Source: Patescibacteria group bacterium (GTDB lineage: Bacteria > Patescibacteriota > Minisyncoccia > Phycocordibacterales > UBA9973). From it: 64,000 nucleotides of DNA. Each line of letters starts with the position of its first letter. Position 1 is the stretch's first letter. The position numbers and the translations under genes are program-made. The notes below the pieces were generated by a model, which was not told where the DNA came from, did no database searches, and saw nothing but the letters and a program-made list of their open reading frames with translations. Positions 42,650 to 52,525 of the stretch are shown here, one piece after another. The stretch lies in assembly GCA_038063535.1 (NCBI GenBank), contig JBBTUV010000004.1:20530-84529 (forward strand). Reading direction: 5' to 3'.

Positions 42650-43994
42650 TTCCAGCTTAAATTCTCTGTCGCCGATAGACGGAAGGTACAGGAAGTTCAG
42701 CGAAGTTCTGGCGCCGTATTTCAGCGAGCGAGCGCTTATGCGCCATAGGATCATAGTGGAAGGGGAGTATCTGATCGCGCTTTCGGAAGCAAGAGGAGTT
42801 AACCTCCGTAGGCTCTCGACCAAAGAGAAGAAATTTATTCGTGGGCTATATAACCTCAAGGAAAAAGATGCGGAGCGAATCTCGGAGCTGGAAAAGACAA
42901 CCGATCATGACGTCAAAGCGCTCGAATACTATATGAAAGAGAAGTTAACACGGACGTCGCTTAAAGATGTCTCCGAATGGCTCCATTTCGCGCTTACCTC
43001 CGAGGACACGAACAATATCGCTTACGCGCTCATGCTCTCGGAATCGCTCGAGAAAGTTATGGTCGCGAAAATAGAAGAGATTGCCAAGGTACTTAACAAT
43101 CTTGCAAAACGATACAAGAGTCTCCCGATGCTTGCACGCACCCACGGCCAGCCGGCCAGCCCCACCACCTTCGGCAAGGAGATGAAAGTTTTTGCCGGGC
43201 GGCTCGAGAAGCAACTAAGTGTTTTACGAAATACTAAAATAGAAGCTAAGTTGAACGGCGCCACGGGAAACTGGAATGCGCATGTGATCGCATATCCAAA
43301 AGTAAACTGGATTAAATTCTCTGAAAATTTTATCCGAAAGCTCAAACTTGAGCCCAACTCGATAACTACCCAAATCGAATCACACGATAGCTATATTGCA
43401 GTCTTCGACACATTACGCCGGATAAATACGATCCTAATCGGATTCAATCAAGATATCTGGCGCTACATTTCAGATGATTGGATAGGGCAGACTTCAATTG
43501 GCTCGGTTGGTTCCTCCACCATGCCGCACAAGATTAATCCGATTAAATTCGAGAACAGCGAGGGGAATCTCGGTGTCGCGAACGCACTCTTTGAATTCTT
43601 CGCCCGCAAGCTCCCAATTTCGCGTCTGCAGCGCGACCTTTCCGATTCAACCGTCGAGCGGAATTTCGGAGTCGCTTTTTCTCATTCGCTAATTGCTTAC
43701 GAGTATTTACTGAAAGGCCTAAGCACGATAAAAGTAAATGAGAAAAAGGTAAAAGAAGACTTAAATAATCATCCGGAAGTTATCGCCGAGGCGATACAGA
43801 CAATTCTGCGACGCGAAGGCGCAAGGATGCCGTATGAAGAGTTGAAAGCCCTGACCCGCGGGAAAAAAGTTACCCTCGAAGATTTCCGAAAATTCATCGA
43901 TAATTTGGATGTCTCCGAAAAAGTCAAAAAAGAATTACGTAAAATTACTCCCGCGAACTACACTGGGCTCGCTTCTCGTTTGACTTCTCCCTAG
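42639..43994 (+). CDS. purB: Adenylosuccinate lyase
   Basis: Fumarate lyase family with the SSTMPHKINP signature. 451 aa. Confidence 0.95.
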   Translation: MSLNSSLNSLSPIDGRYRKFSEVLAPYFSERALMRHRIIVEGEYLIALSEARGVNLRRLSTKEKKFIRGLYNLKEKDAERISELEKTTDHDVKALEYYMKEKLTRTSLKDVSEWLHFALTSEDTNNIAYALMLSESLEKVMVAKIEEIAKVLNNLAKRYKSLPMLARTHGQPASPTTFGKEMKVFAGRLEKQLSVLRNTKIEAKLNGATGNWNAHVIAYPKVNWIKFSENFIRKLKLEPNSITTQIESHDSYIAVFDTLRRINTILIGFNQDIWRYISDDWIGQTSIGSVGSSTMPHKINPIKFENSEGNLGVANALFEFFARKLPISRLQRDLSDSTVERNFGVAFSHSLIAYEYLLKGLSTIKVNEKKVKEDLNNHPEVIAEAIQTILRREGARMPYEELKALTRGKKVTLEDFRKFIDNLDVSEKVKKELRKITPANYTGLASRLTSP

Positions 43995-44095
43995 GCATCT
44001 AACTTCTTCACTTTAGTAAACTAGAGTACTTTACTTGGATAAAGTCAACAGGTTGGACCATCGCGGGGCTTCTTGTTTTATGGTAAAATATTTAC

Positions 44096-44455
44096 ATGAA
44101 GAAGTTGGCAATAATTTTTCTCCTGGTGGCAATTGTAATTCCCGCCATTTCTTTTGCTCAAAGCGGTGATACGGTAGATCGAGCCGGGGATCCGAACCCC
44201 GACGTGCCGACGAGCTATATACGAAGTTCGGAGATACGAAATATCCAAACGATAGTCGGCGAGAAAACTCCTGATTTCATTAAAAAGCCGATAATAGCCT
44301 CGATAACCTGGCTTGAGAATTTTCGCCTTACCGGAGCAGAGAGGAGCGAAGGCCAGTTCTACCATTTCGTTTTCGCAAACGTATACGTCTTCTACGGCAT
44401 ATTTATCGTGATCGTCCTTTTGGTGCTCCGCACGATTTGGCGTATAATTTTTTAA
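44096..44455 (+). CDS. Hypothetical secreted/membrane protein (signal peptide plus C-terminal TM helix)
   Basis: 119 aa with an N-terminal MKKLAIIFLLVAIVIPAISFA and a C-terminal hydrophobic helix. Confidence 0.5.
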   Translation: MKKLAIIFLLVAIVIPAISFAQSGDTVDRAGDPNPDVPTSYIRSSEIRNIQTIVGEKTPDFIKKPIIASITWLENFRLTGAERSEGQFYHFVFANVYVFYGIFIVIVLLVLRTIWRIIF

Positions 44456-44724
44456 TGGCCCGGCGGATCGCGTTCTCCCTAATACTTCTTACCTCGGTAC
44501 TCTTTTTTCCTTTCTGGCTCTCGGTTATTTTAGCCTTATTCGGTATGATTTATTTCCGGCTTTATCTCGAAGCAATCACAGTTTTCTTCGTCTCCGACCT
44601 TCTTTTTGGAGTTCCGCAGGCGAGATTTGGGGGCATCACTTTTCTCTCCGCGCTCGTTTCTGCAGTTGTTCTCTTTTTAATAGAATTCATTAAAAGGCGT
44701 TCAATCTTATCTGCAAAGCAATGA
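44437..44724 (+). CDS. Small polytopic membrane protein upstream of PBP2 (possibly MreD-like)
   Basis: 95 aa with three hydrophobic segments. Its position immediately upstream of the PBP2 gene matches the mreD-pbpA arrangement, but no sequence-level call is possible. Confidence 0.45.
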   Translation: MAYNFLMARRIAFSLILLTSVLFFPFWLSVILALFGMIYFRLYLEAITVFFVSDLLFGVPQARFGGITFLSALVSAVVLFLIEFIKRRSILSAKQ

Positions 44725-46394
44725 TTCGAAAATTTTTTACGAAAAGGAAAGTCAAGGAAGCAAATTTTTTCGTTGAGCCGGACGAGATATTTCTCGATTC
44801 CAAGAACATCGGCAATTTCGACCGCCAGCAATTCGAGGGCAGGCTTGAAAAATCCATTTCGAAAAATACCGTTCTCTTTCTCGGGCTAGCATTCCTTCTT
44901 GCCACTTTTATTTTCGGAACACGCCTAGGGTACCTCCAAATCGTGAAAGGAAACGCCTATCTCCTACGCAGTGAGAAAAATGTTCTCTCCCAAGACATAA
45001 TTTTCGCCGACCGGGGAATCATCTACGATCGCAATAGAGTAGAACTTGCCTGGAACAAGGAATCGACCCGCGCCTATTTTTCGCCCGGATTCTCCCACGT
45101 TCTAGGCTATGTGAGCTACCCGGCGCGAGACTCAAGCGGGGTCTGGTGGCAGACGGAATTTATCGGGCGTGACGGCCTTGAGAAAGAATACAACGACAAG
45201 TTGAATGGAGTGAACGGTTCGAAAATAGTGGAAGTCGACGCGGCCGGAGAAGTGCACTCGGAAAACATCGTGAACGCTCCGGTGCGAGGGGAGGACTTGG
45301 TTACCACTCTCGATTCGCGTCTCTCGAGTGAGCTTTACCGCTTGATCAAGGGTCTCGCGGAAGGCAACGCGTTCACCGGGGGCGCGGGAGTGATCCTCGA
45401 TGCGAGAAACGGGGAAGTGCTCGCCGCGACCAGTTTTCCGGAATACGACTCGGAAGTGCTTTCTCGCGGAGAGGATTCAAATCTGATCGATGGCTACATT
45501 TCTGACAAGAGAAAAGTTTTCCTTGATCGTACCATCTCTGGGCTTTACACTCCGGGCTCGATCGTAAAGCCGTTCCTCGCGCTTGGGGCGCTCGCGGAAA
45601 AAATTATCGACCCAGCCAAGAAAATCCTCTCAACCGGATCGATAGCGATACCGAACCCATATGACAAGACCAAAGAAACCATCTTCAGGGACTGGAAAGC
45701 CCACGGCTGGACTGACATGCGCCAGGCGCTTGCCGTGTCTTCGGACGTTTATTTTTATACGATTGGCGGCGGGTTTAAAGACCAGAGGGGTCTAGGAATT
45801 TTAAACATTAAAAAATATCTAGAGCTCTTCGGGATCGGGCAGAAATCTGGCGTGGACTTGCCTGACGAGAAGGGCGGGACGATCCCAAGCCCGGAGTGGA
45901 AGATAAAAAATTTCCCCGGCGACCCTTGGCGAGTAGGCGACACCTACAATACTGCGATTGGGCAGTACGGATTCCAAGTTACGCCTATGGAAATGGCTCG
46001 CGCTTCTGCTACGATCGCGAATTACGGAAAGTTAGTGACACCGCATTTCCTCGCGGGAGATAAAGCGAAAGAGGAGGTGGTCGTTGACCTAGGACTTCCG
46101 CAGGAATATTTCAAGGTGGTGTATGAAGGAATGCGAGGGTCAGCCACCTATGGCACTGCCAGTATTCTTAATGTCCCGTATGTTGAAGTTGCGGCAAAGA
46201 CCGGAACTGCGGAGCTCGGCGCCGCCAAGAACCGCATCAACTCTTGGATAGTAGGGTTTTTTCCTTACGAGGATCCCAAGTACGCCTTTACTGTCCTGAT
46301 GGAATCGGGCCCGACCGGCGCCTCCGGCGCCTCCGGCGTCATGCGCGGACTTCTCGACTGGATGAGCATAAATACCCCGGAGTATTTCGAGTAA
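44721..46394 (+). CDS. Penicillin-binding protein 2 family transpeptidase (PBP2/FtsI-like)
   Basis: There is an N-terminal TM helix and the transpeptidase motifs SIVKPF (SxxK), SSD (SxN-like) and KTGTA. Confidence 0.9.
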   Translation: MIRKFFTKRKVKEANFFVEPDEIFLDSKNIGNFDRQQFEGRLEKSISKNTVLFLGLAFLLATFIFGTRLGYLQIVKGNAYLLRSEKNVLSQDIIFADRGIIYDRNRVELAWNKESTRAYFSPGFSHVLGYVSYPARDSSGVWWQTEFIGRDGLEKEYNDKLNGVNGSKIVEVDAAGEVHSENIVNAPVRGEDLVTTLDSRLSSELYRLIKGLAEGNAFTGGAGVILDARNGEVLAATSFPEYDSEVLSRGEDSNLIDGYISDKRKVFLDRTISGLYTPGSIVKPFLALGALAEKIIDPAKKILSTGSIAIPNPYDKTKETIFRDWKAHGWTDMRQALAVSSDVYFYTIGGGFKDQRGLGILNIKKYLELFGIGQKSGVDLPDEKGGTIPSPEWKIKNFPGDPWRVGDTYNTAIGQYGFQVTPMEMARASATIANYGKLVTPHFLAGDKAKEEVVVDLGLPQEYFKVVYEGMRGSATYGTASILNVPYVEVAAKTGTAELGAAKNRINSWIVGFFPYEDPKYAFTVLMESGPTGASGASGVMRGLLDWMSINTPEYFE

Positions 46395-46416
46395 TTGATA
46401 AATATGAGTCAATATC

Positions 46417-47400
46417 CTAAATTTCTAGGCTACTTTCAAATTTTTTCTTCAGAGTGCCGAGTTTCATTCCCGCATTAAGAAGATGACCTATTGATACTTT
46501 GGTTAAAAACGCTTCAGATAACTTTTTCTGTATATAGAACTCTACGCCATGAAGTACGATGCCGAAAATGTAACAATGCATTGCTCCTAATAAAGCAGAT
46601 TTTTCTTCTTTGCCTAATTCTCTGACGGTCATATATCCTTTATATAAACTTCGTAGCTTTGCGAAATCAAACCTCCCATTACTGTATCCGAACCAAACAA
46701 GCGCGCCCCCTAGATCAAGCACGAGAGGCCCCTTGTATGAGTTATCAAAATCCACCACCCCAGTAAGTTTCTTGCCAGAGAATAGAACATTGCTGGGACT
46801 AATATCTAGGTGCATTGCACCATTTGGCAAACTACGGGGCAATTTGTATTTAAATGCGTCTCTCTTTATGAGAGATATGGCTTTTTTTATCTTTTGATTA
46901 GAAATATTTTTCCCGGCCTTTACGGTATAATTTATTTTTTTCTCGGTAATGGAGTACAACTTCACTCTGCTGATTTTTGAATTAAAATTTTCTGTTTGTA
47001 TATGCAATTTACCCAAAAACACCCCAATTTCATATGCCATTTTCTCATCAATATTATCAGCTATATATCCTTGCAAATATTTATAAAGCATCGTTTGGTG
47101 TTTTTCGTAAAGAACTAGATATCTATCGTTTTGAGCCTTTATTAGTTTAGGTGTCGGAAGTTTTTTTATTTTATTTAGGAGTTCGACTTCGTATTTAACA
47201 CGATGAGGGTTGTTTCTGACAGCAATTTTCAAAATGAAATACCCTTTTGTTGTTTTCACTTTATAGGCATAGTTTGCCACCCCTCCCTCAAGTTTTTTGA
47301 AATTTATTAATCTGCCAAGCCCAGGATATTGCCTTAAATGCTTTTTGAGTGTTTCAAAAGTAAAAGCTGGTGCTTTAAGAATGTTCTCTCGAATCTTCAT
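46417..47400 (-). CDS. Phosphotransferase of the APH/choline-kinase/homoserine-kinase-II family; compositionally AT-rich
   Basis: The Brenner motif HLDISPSNVLF and DFDNS (the DxD of the kinase fold) are present. The gene is Lys/Ile/Asn-rich with low GC relative to its neighbours. Confidence 0.7.
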   Translation of the reverse strand: MKIRENILKAPAFTFETLKKHLRQYPGLGRLINFKKLEGGVANYAYKVKTTKGYFILKIAVRNNPHRVKYEVELLNKIKKLPTPKLIKAQNDRYLVLYEKHQTMLYKYLQGYIADNIDEKMAYEIGVFLGKLHIQTENFNSKISRVKLYSITEKKINYTVKAGKNISNQKIKKAISLIKRDAFKYKLPRSLPNGAMHLDISPSNVLFSGKKLTGVVDFDNSYKGPLVLDLGGALVWFGYSNGRFDFAKLRSLYKGYMTVRELGKEEKSALLGAMHCYIFGIVLHGVEFYIQKKLSEAFLTKVSIGHLLNAGMKLGTLKKKFESSLEI

Positions 47401-47403
47401 TTC

Positions 47404-48006
47404 TTATTGCCTATTTTTTAGCGCGTTTCGGAGGGTTTCGTTGTCCGAGTACTCGAGCTCGGTGCCGGTCGAGAGGCCGCGGCCCAATGAAGAAATCTTG
47501 AAAGAGATTTTTGCGCTGGCTTCTTTCAATTCGCTCCGCACATATTGGTCAGTGTGTTCTCCGTGGGGATTCAGGGAAAATGCGAGAATCACTTCTTTCG
47601 GTTTCTCTTTTTGAATTTTCTTTTTTAATGCTTCTATGCGAACTTGCTGTTTGGTGTTTTTTTCCACGATCGGGACAGTTCCGCCCAAAATAAAGTATTT
47701 TCCGTGGTAGGTTCCGCTCTTCCGTACGCTTTCGAGATCCGAATCTTTTTCAACCACCATGAGCGTTTTGCCCTCGATATTCGGGTCGGCGCAGATCTCG
47801 CAAACCTGCCCTTTTTTTGATATAAAAAATCTGTAACACTCTCTGCATTGGGCGACCTCCTTTTTTAATTCAGCGATTAATCGGGTTAAATTTTCCGCGT
47901 AAACATCGCCACGAGACATGAGATAATAAACAAACCGCCGAGCCTGCCGCTCGCCGATGCCAGGAAATTCCTTGAAGATCTCTGAGAGCTTATCTATGAT
48001 ATCCAT
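47404..48006 (-). CDS. recR: Recombination protein RecR
   Basis: It has HhH, the zinc finger CxxC...CxxC and a Toprim domain. 200 aa. Confidence 0.95.
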   Translation of the reverse strand: MDIIDKLSEIFKEFPGIGERQARRFVYYLMSRGDVYAENLTRLIAELKKEVAQCRECYRFFISKKGQVCEICADPNIEGKTLMVVEKDSDLESVRKSGTYHGKYFILGGTVPIVEKNTKQQVRIEALKKKIQKEKPKEVILAFSLNPHGEHTDQYVRSELKEASAKISFKISSLGRGLSTGTELEYSDNETLRNALKNRQ

Positions 48007-48021
48007 CCCGTTAGAAAATTC

Positions 48022-49434
48022 CTAAAATTCATCCAGTTCGCCGCCGGTTTTCGAAGGCGCGAATTCCGAGAGGGTGCTTTTTTCGAGGTTCAGGAATGTA
48101 GTCGTCTTCTCGTTGAAATAAAGTTCCACCTGCCCGACCGGCCCGTTTCGGTGTTTGGCGACGAGGAGCTCCGCGATGTTCGTCTTTTCCGATTCATCGC
48201 GCACCTTGTCTTCGCGGTGAATGAAGATAACCACGTCTGCGTCCTGCTCGATCGAGCCGGAATCTCGGAGGTCTGAAAGGCGGGGCTTGCCGCCGCGCGA
48301 CTCGATTGCGCGGGAGAGCTGAGAGAGGGCGAGGACCGGCACGTTCAATTCTTTGGCGAGGGCTTTCAAGGAACGGGAAATTTCTGTCACTTGGTTCACC
48401 ATCGAATCGTAATTTTTATTCGTGGTCATGAGCTGGAGGTAATCGACGACGATTAGGTCTAGCCCTTTTTCGACCTTAAGCCTGCGCGCAAGCGCTTTCA
48501 TTCGGACGATGGTATTGCCGGGTTGATCATCGATGAAGATCTTTGCCTTTGCGAGCTTGTCGAGCGAGTCACGGAGCTGGGAGAATTCCCGGTCAGAAGA
48601 AAGGCGGCCGGTGCGGAGGTTCCAGGCGTTCACTTTCGATTCGGCAGAAAGCATCCGGTCCACCAGCTGCTGCGAGGACATTTCCAGGGAGAAAACGAGC
48701 ACCGATTTGTCGTCGCGGGTGGCGGAGAGGCGCGCCATATCAAGTGCCAGCGTGGTTTTTCCCATCGAGGGGCGTGCCGCCAGTATAATCAGGTCGGCTT
48801 TCTGAAGACCGGAAAGAAGGGTATCGAGGTCGCGAAAGCCGGTGGAGAGCCCGCGAAGCATGCCTTTGTGTTCGTGCAGTTTCTCGAGGCGCTCCCAGGC
48901 TTCCGGCAGAGCGTCCTTCAAACTCGTGTATTTCTGATTTTTCGGGCTGGAGATGACGCTGAAGATTTTTTTCTCGGCGTGATCGAGAACTTCGGCGATA
49001 CTCTCATCACCTTCTTCGAAAGCAAGCTCGGAAACGTAATCGGCCGCCTCGATCAGGGAACGCAGCACGTATTTTTTCTGGACTATTTCCGCATAATGCC
49101 GGGCGTTGGTGGAAGAGGGAACTTCGTTCACAAGTTCGGTGAGGTACGAGTTTCCGCCGACCCGTTCGAGGTTCTTCTGCTCGGTGAGCTTGGCGGAGAG
49201 GGAAAGCATATCGATCGGCTCGCTTTGGGCGGACAGATCCAGCATCGCCCGGAAGATTATCTTATGTTTTTCGGCGTAAAAAGAGTCCGGTGTGAGCACG
49301 TCCTCTACCTCGTGCATCGCGTCTCTCCGAAGCATGATAGAGCCGAGCACGGCGCGCTCGGCTTCAAGATTTTGAGGCGGGATCCGGAGCTCGGTCCGGG
49401 AGGGAGTATTCCTCTTTGCCTTTTCCTTGGCCAT
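48022..49434 (-). CDS. dnaB: Replicative DNA helicase DnaB
   Basis: It has an N-terminal domain and a RecA-like core with Walker A ARPSMGKTT. There is no intein. Confidence 0.95.
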   Translation of the reverse strand: MAKEKAKRNTPSRTELRIPPQNLEAERAVLGSIMLRRDAMHEVEDVLTPDSFYAEKHKIIFRAMLDLSAQSEPIDMLSLSAKLTEQKNLERVGGNSYLTELVNEVPSSTNARHYAEIVQKKYVLRSLIEAADYVSELAFEEGDESIAEVLDHAEKKIFSVISSPKNQKYTSLKDALPEAWERLEKLHEHKGMLRGLSTGFRDLDTLLSGLQKADLIILAARPSMGKTTLALDMARLSATRDDKSVLVFSLEMSSQQLVDRMLSAESKVNAWNLRTGRLSSDREFSQLRDSLDKLAKAKIFIDDQPGNTIVRMKALARRLKVEKGLDLIVVDYLQLMTTNKNYDSMVNQVTEISRSLKALAKELNVPVLALSQLSRAIESRGGKPRLSDLRDSGSIEQDADVVIFIHREDKVRDESEKTNIAELLVAKHRNGPVGQVELYFNEKTTTFLNLEKSTLSEFAPSKTGGELDEF

Positions 49435-49517
49435 GGAGCCATTCTAGCACAAACGTATCGGGGCGAAAGTTCCATTCTTGGAAAATATGTTATTAAAATG
49501 TTAATATAATAAAGACG

Positions 49518-50465
49518 ATGAAAAAAGTGTTTTTATCGGGGATTCAGCCCTCCGGCAAGCCGCATATCGGCAATTATTTCGGAATGATAAAGCAACTTCT
49601 TGAGGCACAGGGAGAGTATGATGTCTATGCCTTAGTCGTTGACTACCACGCGCTCAAGTCGATACAGAGCCTCGAGGAGATGAAACAAAACATCATTGAT
49701 GTCACGCTCGACTACCTGGCGCTTGGCCTCGACCCAAAAAGAGCGATATTTTTCAAGCAGAGCGACGTGTCCGAGCATACCGAGCTGGCCTGGATTTTCG
49801 ATACCATTACCACCATGCCGTACCTCATGCGGGCGCATGCTTTCAAAGACGCGGAAGCCAAAAATAAAGAAATAGATGTTGGCACCTTCAATTATCCTAT
49901 GCTTATGGCCGCGGATATCCTGCTCTATGCTCCCGACGTAGTGCCGGTCGGCGCTGATCAAAAACAGCATATCGAGATCGCCCGCGACACTGCTCTTAAG
50001 TTCAACAGAATCTATGGAGAGACTTTTAAAATTCCGGAGGCAATGATCCTCGAGAATGTGGCAGTAGTGCCTGGCACGGACGGGCGTAAGATGTCGAAGA
50101 GCTACGGCAACACGATTCCGCTATTTGCCGAGTATGAAGAGATAAAAAAATGCGTGATGAGCATCGTTACCGACTCAGGAGAGGGAATCCCGAAGAATGT
50201 TTTTGAGATTCATAAATTGTTCCGTACAGAAAGTGAATTAAAAAAGATTTATGAGAGCAAAGCAGGGAAGTATCAAGAACTAAAAGAGGCGCTCATAGAA
50301 GACATCGAAAAATTTGTCGCACCAATGCGGGAGAAGAGAAAAAAACTTGAGAAAGACATACCTGTAGCGTTAGCAGTACTAAAGGAAGGAGGCAAAAAGG
50401 CCAAAACCGTCGCTTCGGCCAAAATGGATGAAGTTCGCAAAAAAATCGGGGTGCACGTTTACTAA
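49518..50465 (+). CDS. trpS: Tryptophan--tRNA ligase
   Basis: It has a class-I HIGH-type region (GKPHIGNYFG) and KMSKS. Confidence 0.95.
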   Translation: MKKVFLSGIQPSGKPHIGNYFGMIKQLLEAQGEYDVYALVVDYHALKSIQSLEEMKQNIIDVTLDYLALGLDPKRAIFFKQSDVSEHTELAWIFDTITTMPYLMRAHAFKDAEAKNKEIDVGTFNYPMLMAADILLYAPDVVPVGADQKQHIEIARDTALKFNRIYGETFKIPEAMILENVAVVPGTDGRKMSKSYGNTIPLFAEYEEIKKCVMSIVTDSGEGIPKNVFEIHKLFRTESELKKIYESKAGKYQELKEALIEDIEKFVAPMREKRKKLEKDIPVALAVLKEGGKKAKTVASAKMDEVRKKIGVHVY

Positions 50466-50466
50466 T

Positions 50467-50757
50467 ATGAAAAGTAATTCGAAAGAATATAAAAAGGAAA
50501 TCGTGGAGGTCCTTTCCAGGGTAGGGGATAAGAGGGCCTTAATGCGGGATTTCATTGAGGACCTTTTAACTCCGCATGAATTTGAGAACATTGGTTTTCG
50601 CTGGCAAATAGTGAAGCGTTTAGCGAAAGGAGAAACTCATCAATCTATCGCAGAAGATCTGCGCCTTGGCGTAAGCACGGTGACTCGGGGTTCTCGAGAG
50701 ATGCGTAACAAGGAAGGGGGCTTTCATAAAGTTCTCCGGCTTCTCAAGCTGGAATAG
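50467..50757 (+). CDS. TrpR/YerC-YecD family transcriptional regulator (Trp-repressor-like)
   Basis: LLTPHEFENIGFRWQIVKRLAKGETHQSIAEDLRLGVSTVTRGS aligns to the TrpR-family HTH (LTPDE...SQREI...LG.S.ATITRGS). The ATG sits 1 nt after the trpS stop. Confidence 0.75.
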   Translation: MKSNSKEYKKEIVEVLSRVGDKRALMRDFIEDLLTPHEFENIGFRWQIVKRLAKGETHQSIAEDLRLGVSTVTRGSREMRNKEGGFHKVLRLLKLE

Positions 50758-50815
50758 GTAGAAAAAGAAAGGGCAAGGGAACAGCGAGGTTATCCACACC
50801 TTGCTTTTTCTGCCC

Positions 50816-50855
50816 TTGACTTCTCCCACTATTCCATACTAGTATACTAGTATGG
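50816..50855 (+). promoter_or_regulatory. TTGACT -35-like hexamer plus a perfect 22-bp palindrome CCATACTAGTATACTAGTATGG, proposed as a TrpR-type operator
   Basis: The palindrome at 50834-50855 is perfect. Its two CTAG cores lie 8 bp centre-to-centre, as in the E. coli trp operator GTACTAGTTAACTAGTAC. It lies between the trpR-like gene and the 478-aa gene, overlapping a promoter-like region. Confidence 0.6.
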
Positions 50856-51045
50856 CAAGGATAGAAAGAAACGGAACGGAAATAAGTTCTAAAGGGAAGT
50901 GGTGGAGCGCAAACACACTTGTTTTTGCGTCTATCTTTTGATTTCTCTTTATTTTCTAAACTAAAAAAGGAATCCAAAAATCGGCGCATGAGCGTCGATT
51001 TTGTTCTTTAACAGTATACATAAACCTAAACAAAAAGGAGAAGAC

Positions 51046-52482
51046 ATGAAAATAGTTTCAGTTGGTGGACGCATTAAGTCAGCAAGTGTGGGACTTGATG
51101 TGTTCGTGCCGGGGAATGATAATTTCCAGACGCAGATGAAGCAGGCGCGAGACAACCCTCCGATGCCAATCTTGAGCGCATTCTTTCCTTCAGACAAAAA
51201 CCGTATGAAGCAAATGATGCAGGGTATCGGCTTCTATCGCCCGATGCTCAAGACAGATCAAGGAATGGGCGGAAACTTTCTCCCGTTCTACGTAGACCCA
51301 GTTCTAAGGACAACAGACCTCTCGCCCCGGCAGATCGTCCGAGAAGAGGGTTTGATCATCCCTGAACTCTACCTGGAGCATGACCCAGGGACACTTCAAG
51401 AACTTCGGGAAACGTTCCAAAGATTAGATCTATGGAACGCTGACCGGATTCTCACTCCACTACTCACGCAGTCCCGCGAAGCGGAGAAAGGAAGAACACC
51501 GTTCTTCTTTATCCGCCCAGCCTTGCTTTCGTCACCAATTGTGTTTGGTGATGACATCGTGAAGAAGGTCAACGAAGTTGTAGGACAGTTGCTGAAAACA
51601 GTTGAAGACCATGCGACCGGAAAGGCGGGCTTCAACCAAACAGGCAACTATCTCTACTTTCTCGCGGACGTATTCGTGACGACTGAAGGCGAGGTGGTAG
51701 TCGAGAAACTCCACTTCCCCGATGTCGGATTCTTCATGAGTGAGTTGGAGCTCAAGGACTCGATCGCTTTCGAAACTCAAGGTGTAGTACGCCAGATTCT
51801 AGATCAAGTTTTCGGACGGGTTCTAGGTATGGTCAACTCTCGGGTGGTCTACATAATCACTCGAGATGAAGTACTACAACGAAACGAGGATGTTTTGGAA
51901 ATCTTCGAGATACGAAGCATCTCTCGTAAGTTCTGTGAGGCGGGCATTCAGGTAGAAGTACGAAGTGTCAGCCAGGCGGGAGAAATTCCTTCTGGAGCAA
52001 CCTGTCTGCTTCTCAACATAGCCGAACACGGCTCTGTACTCCTAGAGCGCTACGGACGCGGAGAACTCGTCTGCTATCCGAGCCCGTATCTCCAGTTGGC
52101 ATCACGTGAGTTGACGGGGCTGAGAGAAAGCGTCGTTCCCCGCCAGTTCATGAGCAAGTTCATCAGTCTCATCGACTGTAGTCCGAAAGAACATGAGGAT
52201 GCCGAGACCGTAGTGTCAAAAATCAACGTTATACTTTCAAAAGATGGAGTTGTCTCGGAGCTACTTCATGTTGAAGTTGACGGCGAAACTGTTCCTGTCC
52301 ACCGAAGGATTCACCACTCGTGGAAGCAGTTGGTGAAAAGAGTTCACAGACATAGGGGTGATAAACCTCTTGAAGATGTAGCTCTCAAAATCCGCGAGCT
52401 TCCACTCACGCATCGGAACAGTATGGTAACAAGTACCACTGGTCCAAGGCTCCATGTGTTCAGGTTTACGTTTACTGCTTAG
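51046..52482 (+). CDS. Uncharacterised 478-aa soluble protein downstream of the TrpR-type operator
   Basis: The RBS is AAAAGGAGAAGAC-ATG and composition is protein-like. No family is recognisable by eye; an ATP-grasp-like enzyme was considered but is unsupported. Confidence 0.7.
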   Translation: MKIVSVGGRIKSASVGLDVFVPGNDNFQTQMKQARDNPPMPILSAFFPSDKNRMKQMMQGIGFYRPMLKTDQGMGGNFLPFYVDPVLRTTDLSPRQIVREEGLIIPELYLEHDPGTLQELRETFQRLDLWNADRILTPLLTQSREAEKGRTPFFFIRPALLSSPIVFGDDIVKKVNEVVGQLLKTVEDHATGKAGFNQTGNYLYFLADVFVTTEGEVVVEKLHFPDVGFFMSELELKDSIAFETQGVVRQILDQVFGRVLGMVNSRVVYIITRDEVLQRNEDVLEIFEIRSISRKFCEAGIQVEVRSVSQAGEIPSGATCLLLNIAEHGSVLLERYGRGELVCYPSPYLQLASRELTGLRESVVPRQFMSKFISLIDCSPKEHEDAETVVSKINVILSKDGVVSELLHVEVDGETVPVHRRIHHSWKQLVKRVHRHRGDKPLEDVALKIRELPLTHRNSMVTSTTGPRLHVFRFTFTA

Positions 52483-52525
52483 TCTCCGATTAAATTATGG
52501 AGACAGAAAAGGAGGTATCAAGGAC

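Noticed and set aside
48523-49509. 328-aa plus-strand ORF antisense to dnaB
   Set aside because: DnaB on the minus strand is unambiguous (Walker A, full length). The plus frame is Gly/Arg/Phe-rich antisense noise.
50834-50855. Interpreting the 22-bp palindrome as a transcription terminator for the trpR-like gene
   Set aside because: It is an AT-rich perfect palindrome with no loop and no downstream T-tract, so it is a poor intrinsic terminator. The tandem CTAG half-sites at 8-bp spacing fit a TrpR-type operator much better.
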